From positions 544,001-608,000 of the forward strand of contig JBMNJG010000007.1 of assembly GCA_050951545.1 (NCBI GenBank): a stretch of 64,000 nucleotides of DNA. The letters are read 5' to 3'. The notes below the pieces were generated by a model. The model did no database searches. It saw only the letters and a program-made list of their open reading frames with translations, and was not told where the DNA came from. Below are positions 38,712 through 50,100 of the stretch, one piece after another (the stretch's first letter is position 1; the number at the start of each line of letters is the position of its first letter). Both the position numbers and the translations under genes were made by a program. Source of the DNA: Limnochordia bacterium. GTDB lineage: Bacteria; Bacillota; Limnochordia; DTU080.

Positions 38712-39809
38712 GTGCAGGCGTTGCCTGTCACGTCGTACGCTAGGGATGCGGAACTGGTGGAGTTGTTCCAGCGGGGTGATAGTAGCACCGCTTACGCCGA
38801 GCTGATGCGATCTCACTTACCATGGGTCTTGGCGATGTGCCAATACAGAGTCGGCGATGACGCCGAGGACGTATGCCAGGAGGTGTTCCTGGAGGCCTAC
38901 CGGGACCTTCCTGCGTTGCGTAATCCGCAGCTGTTCAAGGCCTGGCTGGCGGCCATCGCCCGAAGGCAATGCCAGAAGGCCATTGCGCGTCGCCACGAAA
39001 CGATTCCACTGGATTTCGCATCACCGCACTACGATCCATGGTCCGACGTCACGAACTCGCTGGATGCTGAGGCAGCCTTGATGTGCTTGACGCCGTCACA
39101 ACGTCAGACGGTTACCGTAGCACTCCTCTATGGCTATCGCGTGCAGGACACTGCGCGAATCCTGGGCATTCCAGTGGGAACTGTGAAGAGCCGACTTCAT
39201 AGCGCCCGACGACGCCTCAAGGAATTCCTACAGAATCGAGAAGGGGAGTCGAAGATGGATTCTTCTGCCAAACGGATCGTTGCCGAGGTGGAGAAGCGAC
39301 TGGAGGAGTTCGAGGCTGCGATGATCAGACCTGTTGACCGGAATCCGGAGCTGCTCGACCCGAACGTGCGCTGGTGGCACGAACGCCGTCAGGCGGATGC
39401 CGAGAACAACGCTCGGCTGTATGGCATCGAGGTGCCGGATGTGGGTATGAGAATGACCCGAGAGAGGATCATGAGCGGGACGCTCTCGAGAGGGTGGGTT
39501 ACGCGTGAGCACTGGGCCATTCCCGAGGGAGCCTCGTGTATGGATGTACGGGATCTGTCGCGACGACTGCTCGTGTCACCGTTTACCATCTGGGAATGGA
39601 GTCGCCAGGGCATGCCGACAATACGTTACTACCCGTGGCGGCGGTATGAATGGGACATGGTATCGCGATGGCTGGCTGATCAGGAAATAGAGATCGCCCG
39701 CGAGGCGTCAGTTACCCAGCTCGATAACCTCACACGTTATGTCTTGGAGGAGGTCCGATGTGGACGGGGCAGCGTTGCTGACGCCGAGGAGATACTTGAG
39801 AGTATGTGA
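38712..39809 (+). CDS. ECF sigma-70 factor with ~185-aa C-terminal extension carrying an excisionase/MerR-like HTH
   Basis: DAEDVCQEVFL, FKAWL..IARR (sigma region 2); A.ILGIPVGTVKSRLHSARRRL (region 4); extension contains DVRDLSRRLLVSPFTIWEWSRQGMP...RY....V..WL. Confidence 0.88.
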   Translation: MQALPVTSYARDAELVELFQRGDSSTAYAELMRSHLPWVLAMCQYRVGDDAEDVCQEVFLEAYRDLPALRNPQLFKAWLAAIARRQCQKAIARRHETIPLDFASPHYDPWSDVTNSLDAEAALMCLTPSQRQTVTVALLYGYRVQDTARILGIPVGTVKSRLHSARRRLKEFLQNREGESKMDSSAKRIVAEVEKRLEEFEAAMIRPVDRNPELLDPNVRWWHERRQADAENNARLYGIEVPDVGMRMTRERIMSGTLSRGWVTREHWAIPEGASCMDVRDLSRRLLVSPFTIWEWSRQGMPTIRYYPWRRYEWDMVSRWLADQEIEIAREASVTQLDNLTRYVLEEVRCGRGSVADAEEILESM

Positions 39810-39927
39810 CTGGAATAGTCTCTGCTAAGCAGCGGCGGAGTGCGGCAGAACGACTCGATCGATCTGGAGTTGCATATGTATCCACCTCCTCGTGCAGTCT
39901 ACAGACGACTGACGGGAGGTATGGTGT

Positions 39928-40176
39928 ATGAGAGGCAAGATTGCTGTCGATGATGAGCTGGGCAATGTGCGTCAGGCACTGGCGGATGCTGGCTATGAGG
40001 TGGTCGGTATCGAAGAACCCACCGAGTCTGCGGATGTGGTCGTCTTGAGTGGTATGACGCAGGACATGGCTGGCTATCAGGGGATGCAAAGTGACAGCGC
40101 CGTGGTCAACGCCGCGGGCATGTCTGCGGAGGATGTCGTGGTCGAAGTGGGAAAGCGACTACGCAAGAGGCTGTAA
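39928..40176 (+). CDS. YkuS (UPF0180) family protein
   Basis: IAVDDELGNVRQAL...GYEVV...VV.SG......G.......VVNA.GMSAE.V; GGAGG RBS. Confidence 0.88.
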   Translation: MRGKIAVDDELGNVRQALADAGYEVVGIEEPTESADVVVLSGMTQDMAGYQGMQSDSAVVNAAGMSAEDVVVEVGKRLRKRL

Positions 40177-40189
40177 TCGGTCAAGTTTG

Positions 40190-40470
40190 CGCATCCCGCG
40201 CGGTTTGACGACGGTTCGCTTCTCCACTTTTACTTGGACATGGACAGTAATCGGGACACAGGCCGTCAGGGTACTTCGTCGCATCAGGGTGTGGACGTCA
40301 TGGTCACACTGTCCGAAGGAAACGTCTCGATATCAAGCCACAGCCCCACATATTCCCGAGATCGAGTTTTCGCCGGGGGTATGGCTATTGACGATACGTT
40401 GTATGTCGTGCTGGAAGCTCCGCTGTACGGAGATGAGGAAATTATTAACTTCGTACCCCTGATCGAGGAC
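40190..40470 (+). pseudogene. Fragment of a secreted protein gene
   Basis: LHFYLDMDSNRDTG motif of the type seen in carbohydrate-binding-like domains. No start; ends at the inverted Rhs piece. Confidence 0.4.
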
Positions 40471-41307
40471 CTCGGGCGTATACTCATATTGCCATATTCG
40501 CTGTCGACCGTCCTTCTCTGTTAAGGTTTTCGCCACCAGATTCACCGAGGCGTTGGGGTCATATGCATAGTCTGTTACTATGGGACCCTCTACGGCAAGT
40601 CCCCGCTCGTCGTAATCGATGCTTAGTATCTCAACCCCACAGTAGCCCGTCACCTTAGTGATCACAACTTCTACTTCATAGACCCCTGGGGAGGGCAAGT
40701 CAAAACGAACAACCGGCCAGTCCTTGACATCATCACCCCAAGACCAACCCCCAATGTTGCCGTGTGTTTCTTGTTTTAACCACGCAGTCTCCCCCAGCTT
40801 GCGCGCCCGGACCACGTAGTAGATTTCCTTCCTGATCGGTGTAGCTACATAGAAGGTCTTCACCTCTATGTAGCCATTGGCGATTGCCGGTGTAACCCAG
40901 ATCCATCTCCTTTGGCTATAATCGAGCCAAACACCGGAATCAGATTGGGCAGTCGCGACCCCCTGGGTAATATCAACCAGCATGTCGCGGGTCTGGGTGA
41001 CATTGCCATTGCTATTATCTACGGTGTTTTCCCGCACCAGATAGGTATCCTGTTGCTGACGCGTGTATTGTTTGAGCGGGGTCTGAAAACGGGATTCATG
41101 CTTGCTTACTTGAGTGGTTGCCTCTGCCTCGCTACCCACAACATGCTGACTATTCACCACCTGGTTGCCATACCAGTCCCAACCCATCAGATTCACCGAA
41201 GGCGGCCCCGGTTCAAACGCGGCGTTGTATAGCGTCGTCGTCTTCTTGGTGGGCAGCCTATACTCTGGATGGTAGGTGTACTCTACCAGTTTTTTGTACC
41301 GCTCCAT
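40470..41307 (-). pseudogene. Internal Rhs/YD-repeat fragment, inverted relative to the adjacent Rhs core
   Basis: YTYHPEY, WDWYGNQ, NGNVTQTRD, TDYAYD, WQYEY YD-like repeats. Confidence 0.65.
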
Positions 41308-42160
41308 CGCCGGACACCGTGTAGCCAAGGTGAGCGATGGCCAGGTGCAGCACCTGACCACCGACCATCTGGGTTCGGTGCGGGTGATCAGTGACCAGAC
41401 GGGCGCCCCGGTGCAGCGCTTCGACTACCAGCCCTATGGTGCAGACCTCTACGAGAACACACAGACGGGACCCAAGTTCACAGGTAAACCCCAGGATGCA
41501 GTGGGGTTGTACCACTACGGAGCCAGGTTCTACGACCCTGAGCTGGGCAGGTTCATCACGATGGACCCGGCCAAGGATGGGCTAAATTGGTGGGCCTACT
41601 GCAGTGGCAATCCACTGAAGTATGTGGATCCGGATGGGTACTCCTTCGTACCACCTCAATTAGCAGGCATGATAGGTGGGGCTATTGCAGGGGGTATTTA
41701 CCAAGCATACAGAACATACGTCGACGAGGGGCAAATCAACTGGCGTTCGGTTGCAGACGGGGTCGCATACGGCGCGCTTGCAGGAGTCGCACTCTATGAA
41801 CTTTGCAGCTTGGTTAAAGCTGCCCCAACCCCTGTCTTATACCCCGCCACCCAGGGGACGAGTAAAGCTGCAACGGAGCTACGTGTAATCGGTCACTATC
41901 CCGAGTATGTTCAATTGGCCAACAAGTTAGATGCCAAGGTGTTTTCAATACCACAGGAAGTGTGGTCGAAGATGTCCCCAGCGGAACAATGGGCGGCTAA
42001 CCAGAAGTTCCTAGACCGTGCAATCGCGAAGGGTGCGGAGTTTATCTTGGCTACACCGATTGATCAGGTGCGCTCAGGTTCATTCTTGGAAAAAGAGATC
42101 GCATATTTGCTGTCGCAAGGTTACCGTCTGATAGAGAGTGGAACCAAGCTTGTGAAGTAG
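41305..42160 (+). CDS. Rhs-associated core domain plus C-terminal toxin domain (orphan, 5'-truncated)
   Basis: DHLGSVR, YQPYG, FTGK, LYHYGARFYDPELGRF..DP, NPLKYVDPDG, followed by a ~170-aa variable tip. Confidence 0.92.
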
Positions 42161-42179
42161 CAGCAGGAGGGAGATACTC

Positions 42180-42620
42180 TTGGCCTTAGTTGATGACGCC
42201 ATAGCCGCAACAGAACTGCTGACTCGTGACGGTACCTTTTCGTTAGGCGAGGTCCGGCAGGATGAGGCAAATTTTGGCAACTTCGTTTTCGTGCTCACGT
42301 CAAAGGCCGGCTTTTGCCTGAGATTCGTGAGAGATAGGGGCGACGTCTGGTGCGATATTCGCCCAAATGGCTCACAGGGTGGTTGGTATTACCTAAACGA
42401 TGTTCTGGCGGTTCTAGGAATCGATGCTCCTGCTGGTATTAGCGACTGGAAGAAAACGGTTGCTGCAATATCGGGCATAGTAAAGGGAAATATGTCTACC
42501 CTCGCCGAGGCTCTCAGCCCAAACGCTGCTCCTGTGACCATTGAAAAGGTCAGGGCCTATGCTCTGAGGCGAGTGATGGGACGTTTTGGAACTTCAAACC
42601 TGATATCAGATGATGTCTGA
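42180..42620 (+). CDS. Putative Rhs immunity protein
   Basis: 146-aa ORF with a strong AGGAGG RBS, starting 20 nt after the toxin stop. Confidence 0.7.
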   Translation: MALVDDAIAATELLTRDGTFSLGEVRQDEANFGNFVFVLTSKAGFCLRFVRDRGDVWCDIRPNGSQGGWYYLNDVLAVLGIDAPAGISDWKKTVAAISGIVKGNMSTLAEALSPNAAPVTIEKVRAYALRRVMGRFGTSNLISDDV

Positions 42621-42746
42621 AGAGCAAATGGTACCCTCTGCCATGTGTGGCGGCAGAACTACAATTCTGCAGCCGATCATGACCCCTGCAACATCCACAC
42701 AAAGCGTCAGAAGCGGCAATGACGCAACTGCCACTCCTGATGGCCA

Positions 42747-43255
42747 TGTCTTGTCAAGTGGTGTAATTGCAGCTCCAACGCGTCAAGACAAAACTAGATC
42801 GCTGCGACTTCTGCCGAGCTCTTCTGCGTCACGGACTCATACAGCTTGCTCATAGATTGCTCACTAAAATACCTTTTTCCTGTCATCCAATCCTCGTGCT
42901 GTTCGAGCAGTATTGCTCCGGCAAGTCGTGTCGTCGCTGACCGATTCGGGAATATGCCGACCACGTCGGTACGGCGGCGAATCTCGCGGTTAAGGCGCTC
43001 CAGAGGGTTCGTTGATCTAATCCGTCGCCAATGGCTTGACGGGAAATGCATATGGCTCAACAAGTCTGCAGCAGCCGAATCAAGGATACCTGCCGCCTTT
43101 GGAAAACGTTTCTCCAGTTCCAACACGATTCGTTTGAGCTGGGCTTCTGCGAGTCGGTGGGTGGGTTGCTGAAGGATTGTCCGGACCAGATTCCCCACTT
43201 CTGGCTGAGCCGATTTTGGATCATGGGTGAAAACGCTACGTTTCAACTGCGCCAA
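42747..43255 (-). mobile_element. IS256-family transposase 3' remnant with right end
   Basis: FP..HWRRIRSTNPLERLNREIRRRTDVVGIFPN, E..EDW..GKRY. End-like TTACACCACTTGACA downstream on the minus strand. Confidence 0.9.
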
Positions 43256-43275
43256 AATGGCCTAGAACGCTCACA

Positions 43276-43412
43276 GTAAAGTGGGCCGCCAATTCCGCGC
43301 GCTCTTCAAAGGTAGGCCACTGCTTTTTGTCCACCACATTCCGACCCTTTCAACGTTGGGCCATGGATTCTGATGGACAACTCTTCGAGTTGCCCACAGA
43401 CTCCACAGCCCC
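43276..43412. mobile_element. Non-coding IS-end-like relic with long imperfect hairpin
   Basis: GTAAAGTGGGCC..., then the hairpin CCATGGATTCTG-TGGACAACTC-TTC-GAGTTGCCCA-CAGACTCCACAG, of a type I associate with IS ends. Confidence 0.35.
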
Positions 43413-43478
43413 GACAAAAAGCCATCCATCGATTTGTTTATTAGTCAGTCGATGTGCAGAGCCAAACCGCACGGTACG

Positions 43479-44925
43479 TGTCAAGCCCTGTGAGACACCT
43501 ACATACAAATTTTACTGAACTGACGAGGTCACATCATCTCCTTGGGGCGGGTTGATCCACACGGCCGTTGGAACTGCAGCGGATCGGGGGGCGGCCCCCA
43601 CGAAACGCTCCGGATGTGCCGCATAGGCGGCGTCAAGGATCTGCTGCCTTCGGGCCAACACCTCATCGGCACGGCCGTAGTGTAGCGTTTCCGGGGTGAG
43701 AAGGCCAATTCCGGAGTGCCGATGACGCTTGTTGTACCAGTCGAAGAAGTGCTGGCAGAAGGCTCGGGCGTCCTGAATCGAACCGAAACGTTTGGGGAAA
43801 TCAGGCCGATACTTCAGCGTCTTGAACTGGGCCTCTGAGAACGGATTGTCGTTGCTGGTATGGGGTCTGCTGTGCGTTTTCGTGATGCCCAGGTCCGCCA
43901 GCAGGAAGGCAACAGCCTTGGAGGTCATCGCTGACCCACGATCGGCGTGTACTGTAAGTTGGCCAGGCGAAACCCCCTGTTTGTCCACGGTGAAGGCAAT
44001 AAAGCGTTCGGCAAGAGCTGCGCTTTCACGTTCGGCTATCATCCAACCGACGACGTAGCGGCTGAAGATGTCCATGATGACATAGAGATAGTAGTACGTG
44101 CATTTGGCTGGTCCAAGCAGTTTGGTGATGTCCCAGGACCACACCTGGTTTGGGCCTGTGGCAAGCAGCTCGGGCTTTTGGTAGTTGGGATGGCGCAGTT
44201 GGTCACGGCGCTCTCGCACCTCGCCGTGTTCCTACAGGATGCGGTACATGGTCCTGATGGAGCAGAGGTAGATCCCGTCCTCGTCGAGTAGCGTGGCGTA
44301 GACGCTAGCAGGGGCTTGATCGACAAAACGCTCTGAGCGAAGCACTTTGAGCACCTCTTCCCTTTCGTCATCACTTAACGCCCGGGCCGGCTTGGCCCTT
44401 ACCGCATCGCCTGTCTGCTGCCTGGGATTGCGCTTCCGGTACACGGTCGCCCGGGGGACACCTAGCACACGGCACGCCTCCGCTGTGCCGACAAGGCCTG
44501 AAAGCTCCTCTACACCCTCGATCAGCTGCTCCCGCCACTGGAGGAGCCCTGAGTCGGAAAGCCAAGCAGATCTGAGATTTTTTTTGCACCTCGATGACCG
44601 TTTCGGCTTTCTCTAGCCTCGCCTTTAGCTGCTCCACCTCACGCTCTAGTTCAGCAATCCGGCGTGCCTTGGCCCGATCGGCGTCTTGCTTTGGGCCCCG
44701 TTTCTGCGTGGCTAGTCCCGCTAGAGAACCCTTTTCCCTCTGCTGCCGCCAATAGGTCAGATGTGAGGCATACAGTCCTTCGCGGCGCAGCAAAGCGCCC
44801 CTTTCCTGGGCCGTACAAGCCTCCGCTTCCTTTAGGATTCGTAGCTTGTACTCCGCTGTGAAAGTCCGTCGCGTGGCCCGCGGCACCACCTCCGGGTTTG
44901 GTGGTACCTCTAGACCTCTGGCCAT
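43479..44925 (-). mobile_element. IS3-family element (orfA/orfB), inactivated
   Basis: OrfA RRTFTAEYKLRIL; A8 slippery run at 44578-44585; OrfB WSWDIT, DIFSR, HADRG, DNPFSE..FKTLK. In-frame TAG at 44232. One end TGTCAAG...TGAGACAC at 43479; the other end not found. Confidence 0.92.
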
Positions 44926-44957
44926 GCCTTGTCCGTCACCCTTGTTAACGTCCGCCT

Positions 44958-45360
44958 TGCTGTTTCACCACGAAAGGCGAGATCGTTAGTGACGAGTGCA
45001 TAAAGGAGCTTCTCTTGGCTGCCATCAGCGGCGACGGCTACCCCTATGGCTATCGCAAGCTGACGAGCTGGTTAAAGAGAGAGCACGGGCTCAGAATCAA
45101 CAAGAAAAAAGTGTACAGACTCTGCAAAGAGCTAGGGATTTTGCAGACTCAACGTCGATTGCGGCCTCGCCTTGCGAAACGCAAGGTAGCCACGAACAGG
45201 GAAATCACAGGTATCAACCAGCTGTGGGAGACTGACATCAAGTATGGTTACATTGCCGAAGAACGTCGCTTCTTCTTCGTACAGACGGTGATAGATGTGT
45301 ACGATCGCATGGTGCTCGACTATCACATTGGGCTCAGTTGCACGGCCGAGGAAGCGCTCT
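44958..45360 (+). mobile_element. Second IS3-family transposase fragment (HTH plus start of rve)
   Basis: YGYRKL...INKKKVYRL.KELG, NQLWETDIKY, IDVYDR. Truncated at both ends. Confidence 0.9.
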
Positions 45361-46979
45361 CGGCCCCATTGCCGTGTCAGGCGGAGAGCGTATGGCTATA
45401 TGGGACCGTTTTGTTTCCGAGAGTTACCTTGGCCATATCGGCAAGAAAACAAGCGCCCGTGAGTTCGGTTATCTCAACTACGGTGATTGGTTTGGTGAAC
45501 GAGGACGCAACTGGGGCAATAACGAGTACGATCTGGCCCATGGCTTTTTTATGGAGTTTGTCCGGACCGGTGATCGTCGCTACTACCGCCTTGCGTTGGC
45601 GGCGGCCCGTCACCAAGCGGATGTCGACATCATTCATGCCTATCCCGATCCGACTTATGTTGGTGCAAATGCCGAGCACTCTGTCGGACATACAGGTGCC
45701 TGGTCTCAGCATCTTCCGCATGCGACTTGGAGCAAAGCTTTCGACGCGAGTTTTTAGGCCTCAAACGGTCACACTTGGGCAGATGGAATGATGGACGCTT
45801 GGTCTCTTGCAGGGGACGCACGGGTGATGGAAGCCGCGCTGGCTCTCGGCGAGCATATCGCATGGTCTATGGTCCCGGGTTTAAGGCTCTCGGCACGCAC
45901 GAGCGTTCAGCTGGTTGGTCCCTCAAGGCGCTCACGGAACTGTTTCGTGCCACGTACGATCGGTTTACATGGAAGCCGCTCGGCACATCGCCTCCGTGGT
46001 CCCAAAAGAGCAGGATTTGGAGGGAAGTGGGGCATGGCCGCATCCTCTTCCAACAGACCACAGTGGTACTCGCCCCGGAACGGTTGGCAACAACCTATTT
46101 CTGATGGGTGTCTTACTCAGCGGTATGCAGGCTTATCATGCGGAGACGGATGATCTCGAGGTGTTTAGGTCGCTCGAAGCCGGAGTGGAATGGGTAGTCA
46201 AGTCATGGGATCCGCAGCGAAAAGGGTGGCCGTACTCCGCCGCGGTGGAAGGCGAACCATTGTATGTGGCAAACCCAGGGCTGAACACCCTAGTGGTGCC
46301 CGCGATAGCGTATGTAGGATCAATTCGCAACGACGACCGTTTACTGGAAACAGCGGATGCGGCAATGGATGCGCACGTGCGGGCGGGGGCCAGGGGCGAC
46401 GGCAAATTGATTGCCCAGAGCTTGCATTTTTCATCCGAAATCCTCGCCCGTTTGTCGGACTGGAAGATTCCCGTGTGGATTCACTTTGCGGGTGAGGTGC
46501 GCGAAAACGCGCTGCTTCGGGGGCAAGTGGCGCTGGGGATCAGCGTACTCACCGAGGCCCCGGACGACTTTGTGGAGATCGGGGTTACGCTTGACGGCGA
46601 GGGGATCTTGACGAGCACTCGCCTTGACGCTGTGGAGACCTATGTACTGGATACTCTGGCCCGTGCCACGCTGAGCAATGAGTACTTGGTCTGGTCGACG
46701 CCGCTGCTGCAAGAGTGTGAGGTCACCTTGTATGCTCAGCCCATGGAGCTTACGGGCGGGGTGGTTCTCGCGGTCTCTGAGGATGGTATACACTGGCAGG
46801 ATGTGCCCTACGAGACGCAGGTGGTGGGCACCTCGCCAGAGGGCTGGCAGCAGGTGTGCCTGTGCTACACCTCCTCGGCGGATGTCGCTACGCATTGGTT
46901 ACGGTTGACTCTCACAGAGGCGCTATCGCCTGAGGTACAACTGGGCGAGGTGGCAATGAAAGGTCTGCGGGTGGAGTAG
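45360..46979 (+). pseudogene. 3' remnant of an exo-rhamnogalacturonan-lyase/YetA-like gene, frameshifted
   Basis: FGYLNYGDW...WGNNEYD...F.RTGD..Y...A..RH..DVD, and ERSAGW in another frame. Several frameshifts. Confidence 0.7.
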
Positions 46980-47134
46980 ACGAGGAGCGAGGGGGTAGGA
47001 TGGACCGCCGGGCGATTCGACTTGCGCTTTGACAGGCAGTGAGTACTGCGTTTATTGGTAGCATCTGGCAGCGAAGAGCAGGCCGTCGCGGTATGTGCGG
47101 CGGCCTGCTCTGCTATGGGGCGAGATGCATTCGA

Positions 47135-50100
47135 TTACTGTTCACGGTGGGCAGTCAGGAGGTTATCTACCAGCATGGCCGCGTTGCTGGGATTGAGGTG
47201 TCCAAACATCTCATGTCCGCCAGCATAGCCAAAGTTGGAGCTGGTGAGCACCAGTGTGCCCTGACCGATCCTTATCTGCATCAAATAAGGGAAGAGCCTG
47301 TCATCTGCCATGCGCATCCTGGCCATCACTGTCCAGGCGTCTGAAAGTGGCTTGTAGCCAGTTCCAGGAGTGGTCTTCTTCTGAATAACGGCTTCTAGGG
47401 CATGGGGCTTGCGCAGCCAATCGCCGTGTTCGTACCAGGCAGTGACCCGGTTTGGATGATAGTCCCAACCGCTCCATTGTACGCCTGCTTCTTCACCAAA
47501 CCACTTGTCCAACGGAAGTGCGCCAGTGGCCGCGATCAGAAGCAGGCCGCCCTCTTCAACGAACGGACGCAATTTGTTGGCCACGAATTCATCAGACAGG
47601 CGAGCATTGCTGAGATGACGCAGTACGATCACGTCTGCTCCCTTGGCCAAAGCTGAACTCAGCTCGGCCTCGCCTTGGAGTATGTGAGTGGTGCTGAACC
47701 CCGCCTTGACGAGTTCTGCGTAGAGAGTGTTGGCTCGCTGCGGGTCGCCCTTGCCGCTCGCATCGTACAGCAAAAGACGCTTCTGCTGAGGCACTGTCTC
47801 GACAAGCCTCACGTCGGCGAAAGTGGCGGGGTTGTGAAAGGCGGCATCGGGCCAGCCTGTGTTGGGGCGGCCCGTTCCCGAACGCTTAAAGGACATCCTC
47901 CATGTCGTAGGCTTGATCATCGCTGAATACGGCGGGAAGCGCCAGATACCTGTCGCAGAAGGTGTCGGCTTGATGCCAAAGGAGGCCAATGGCAGCGCTA
48001 CATCGGCGATCCAACTGGTTTTCCCGATGCGTGTCTGGGCGAGCCATTCTGCAGACCAGGCTTCATCGATCGTTAGCGTGGCGTCAGCGCGCGCCTCGTA
48101 GCGCGCTCCGTTAGCATTGATTGCGAGATGAAAGTAAGCGGCGGGTTCGGATGGATCCTCTAAGAAGAGTTCGATGGCGTCGTCCAAGAGACTATCCATC
48201 TTGAGCTGCTCTGTCTGCGCGTAGCTAATAAAACGCAGATAAAGCGCCTCTTCGTCCCAAAGAGCCAGCACATGCGTCCTGTCGAGGGCCTCTGCGCCCT
48301 GGCTGTCTTCGAAAGCGGGGAGCCGAGCAGCGTTTTTCCAGGCCGGATCATCGATGGTCGCGTTGAGGCGTGGTCTGGCCGCAGCTCGAGGAATGTGAGC
48401 CTCATAGTGAGCGGTTCGTCCTTGCTGCGTCAGATACGTTTGGTGCCACTTGCTGAGCATGGCTGCTTCGAGGTTGATCTGTTCTTGGATGCGCTTATGC
48501 GTGATTTCATCGGTGACCGTCACCAGCGCCCGCCGGGCCTCCTGGAGACAGGCATCGGCTGTCTGAAGGAGCTCTCGTGACAGGAAGCTGCCAGAGAAAC
48601 CGGAGGCCGGATTGTGCACATAGGAGATGGGCTGGGTCGTGCTGCGCCAGGCGCGGTCCATGGCCTCGTAGTACAGACGCATCGGCTCGTCTGCTGGACC
48701 GAAGACGTAGGTGGCCCAGTCGCACATGACGTCTTCCGGACGAGTTCGTGCATCCCACATTGCTTGTGCCGCGGCGTAGAGCGCCATGCGGTTGGTCACC
48801 CAGTTGTCATCTTGGGGCGGGTGACTTGCGGGCGACCGATAGGGTGCTGTCTCAGAAGTCCAGCCTTTCAGGCCGTTTTGGTGGGCCCAGGCGATCTCAT
48901 CGACGATAACCGAAGTTTGGGGCACGAATAGCTTCTCGTTGAAGATGCAAAAGTGGTAGCCGCGTATTCCCATCGGTACTCCGAGTGCTTGCCAGCTCAA
49001 GATCTCTTCGCGAGCGGCAGCGTTCGACGGATCGGTCATGGGTTTGGTGTAGTTGATGTTGTAGGTGGCATAACCGACAAGATCAAAAGGAGCTGCCTCT
49101 GTGGGGACATTGCGGTAGGCCTGATAGCCCAGGGTCGAGTGTGTCCCACCGGGGTGTAGTTCGTTGACGCGGTCGATGACGATCTTCGAGAATCTCTGCC
49201 AGCGTGTGCTCACATCAGGCGCGAAAGCTTGGCATTCATCGCATTCACAGAAGTAGTTGTGGTCGGCTCCGTAGAAGCTCACGGTGTCGATATGTGGGTT
49301 GCTCTCCCACCAGCCAGCGATGGTCTGGGCCATGGCCTCTTGCACGGCAGGATTGGACCAGCACAGGTGCGGTGGATGCCCCGCTGGCTTCTGACGTTTG
49401 CCGCCATACAGAGCCATATACTCGGGGTGCTGATCCAAGATGCTCTGGGAAAGCACGGCATTGTGACCGGAGAGAGTCACCTGGAAGCCGCGCAGTTTCA
49501 TGGCGTCAACCTGCCAGGCTTTGGTCTCTAGGTCGTGCCACTTCATGTAGTGCACGTTCATGCGATTGCGCGCCATCCAAATGAGAGTGTCTTCGTCGTA
49601 GAAGGGGCTGTTGATGGCAATTGAGCGTACCTCAATGCTTGGTACATGACGTATGTCCGAGGCAGGGATGGCGATGCTCTCTTGTCGCGGAGAATACTCG
49701 CCGCTCTGTCCGGGCCAGAACCAGCGGACGCCGATGACCTCCTGCAGCAGGGTGTAGGTTGCATACAGTGCCGCCCGTGGCGTGGGTCCTGCTAGGTACA
49801 GCGTGGAGCCTTGCTGAGCGATGCAGATTTCCTCAGGGTGGCTGGTATCGAAGAGATCGGCAGCGGCTACCGCCGCAGAACTCTGCGGTGTGCCAATGAT
49901 CACACGGAAAGGCATGTCTGGACTGATCCGCTCTGTGATAGGTAATGTGGCGCCGCTGACGCGCTCAACAGCACGTTGCAGCTCTTCAGCGGCGTAGCGC
50001 TCAGTCGGCGAAGCCGCCCTCTCTACCACGATCTGGGCTTGCGGCTCGCCTTGCTTAACCAGCCACAAAAAAGCCTCATTCTCGCTGGTCTGCACAGCAG

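Noticed and set aside
38704-38712. G9 tract before the ECF start as a phase-variation switch
   Set aside because: Short, in the RBS region of a GC-rich genome, and no evidence of variation is visible from one sequence.
45015-45791. 258-aa ORF as a novel transposase fusion protein
   Set aside because: The 3' half is an out-of-frame read through the lyase remnant.
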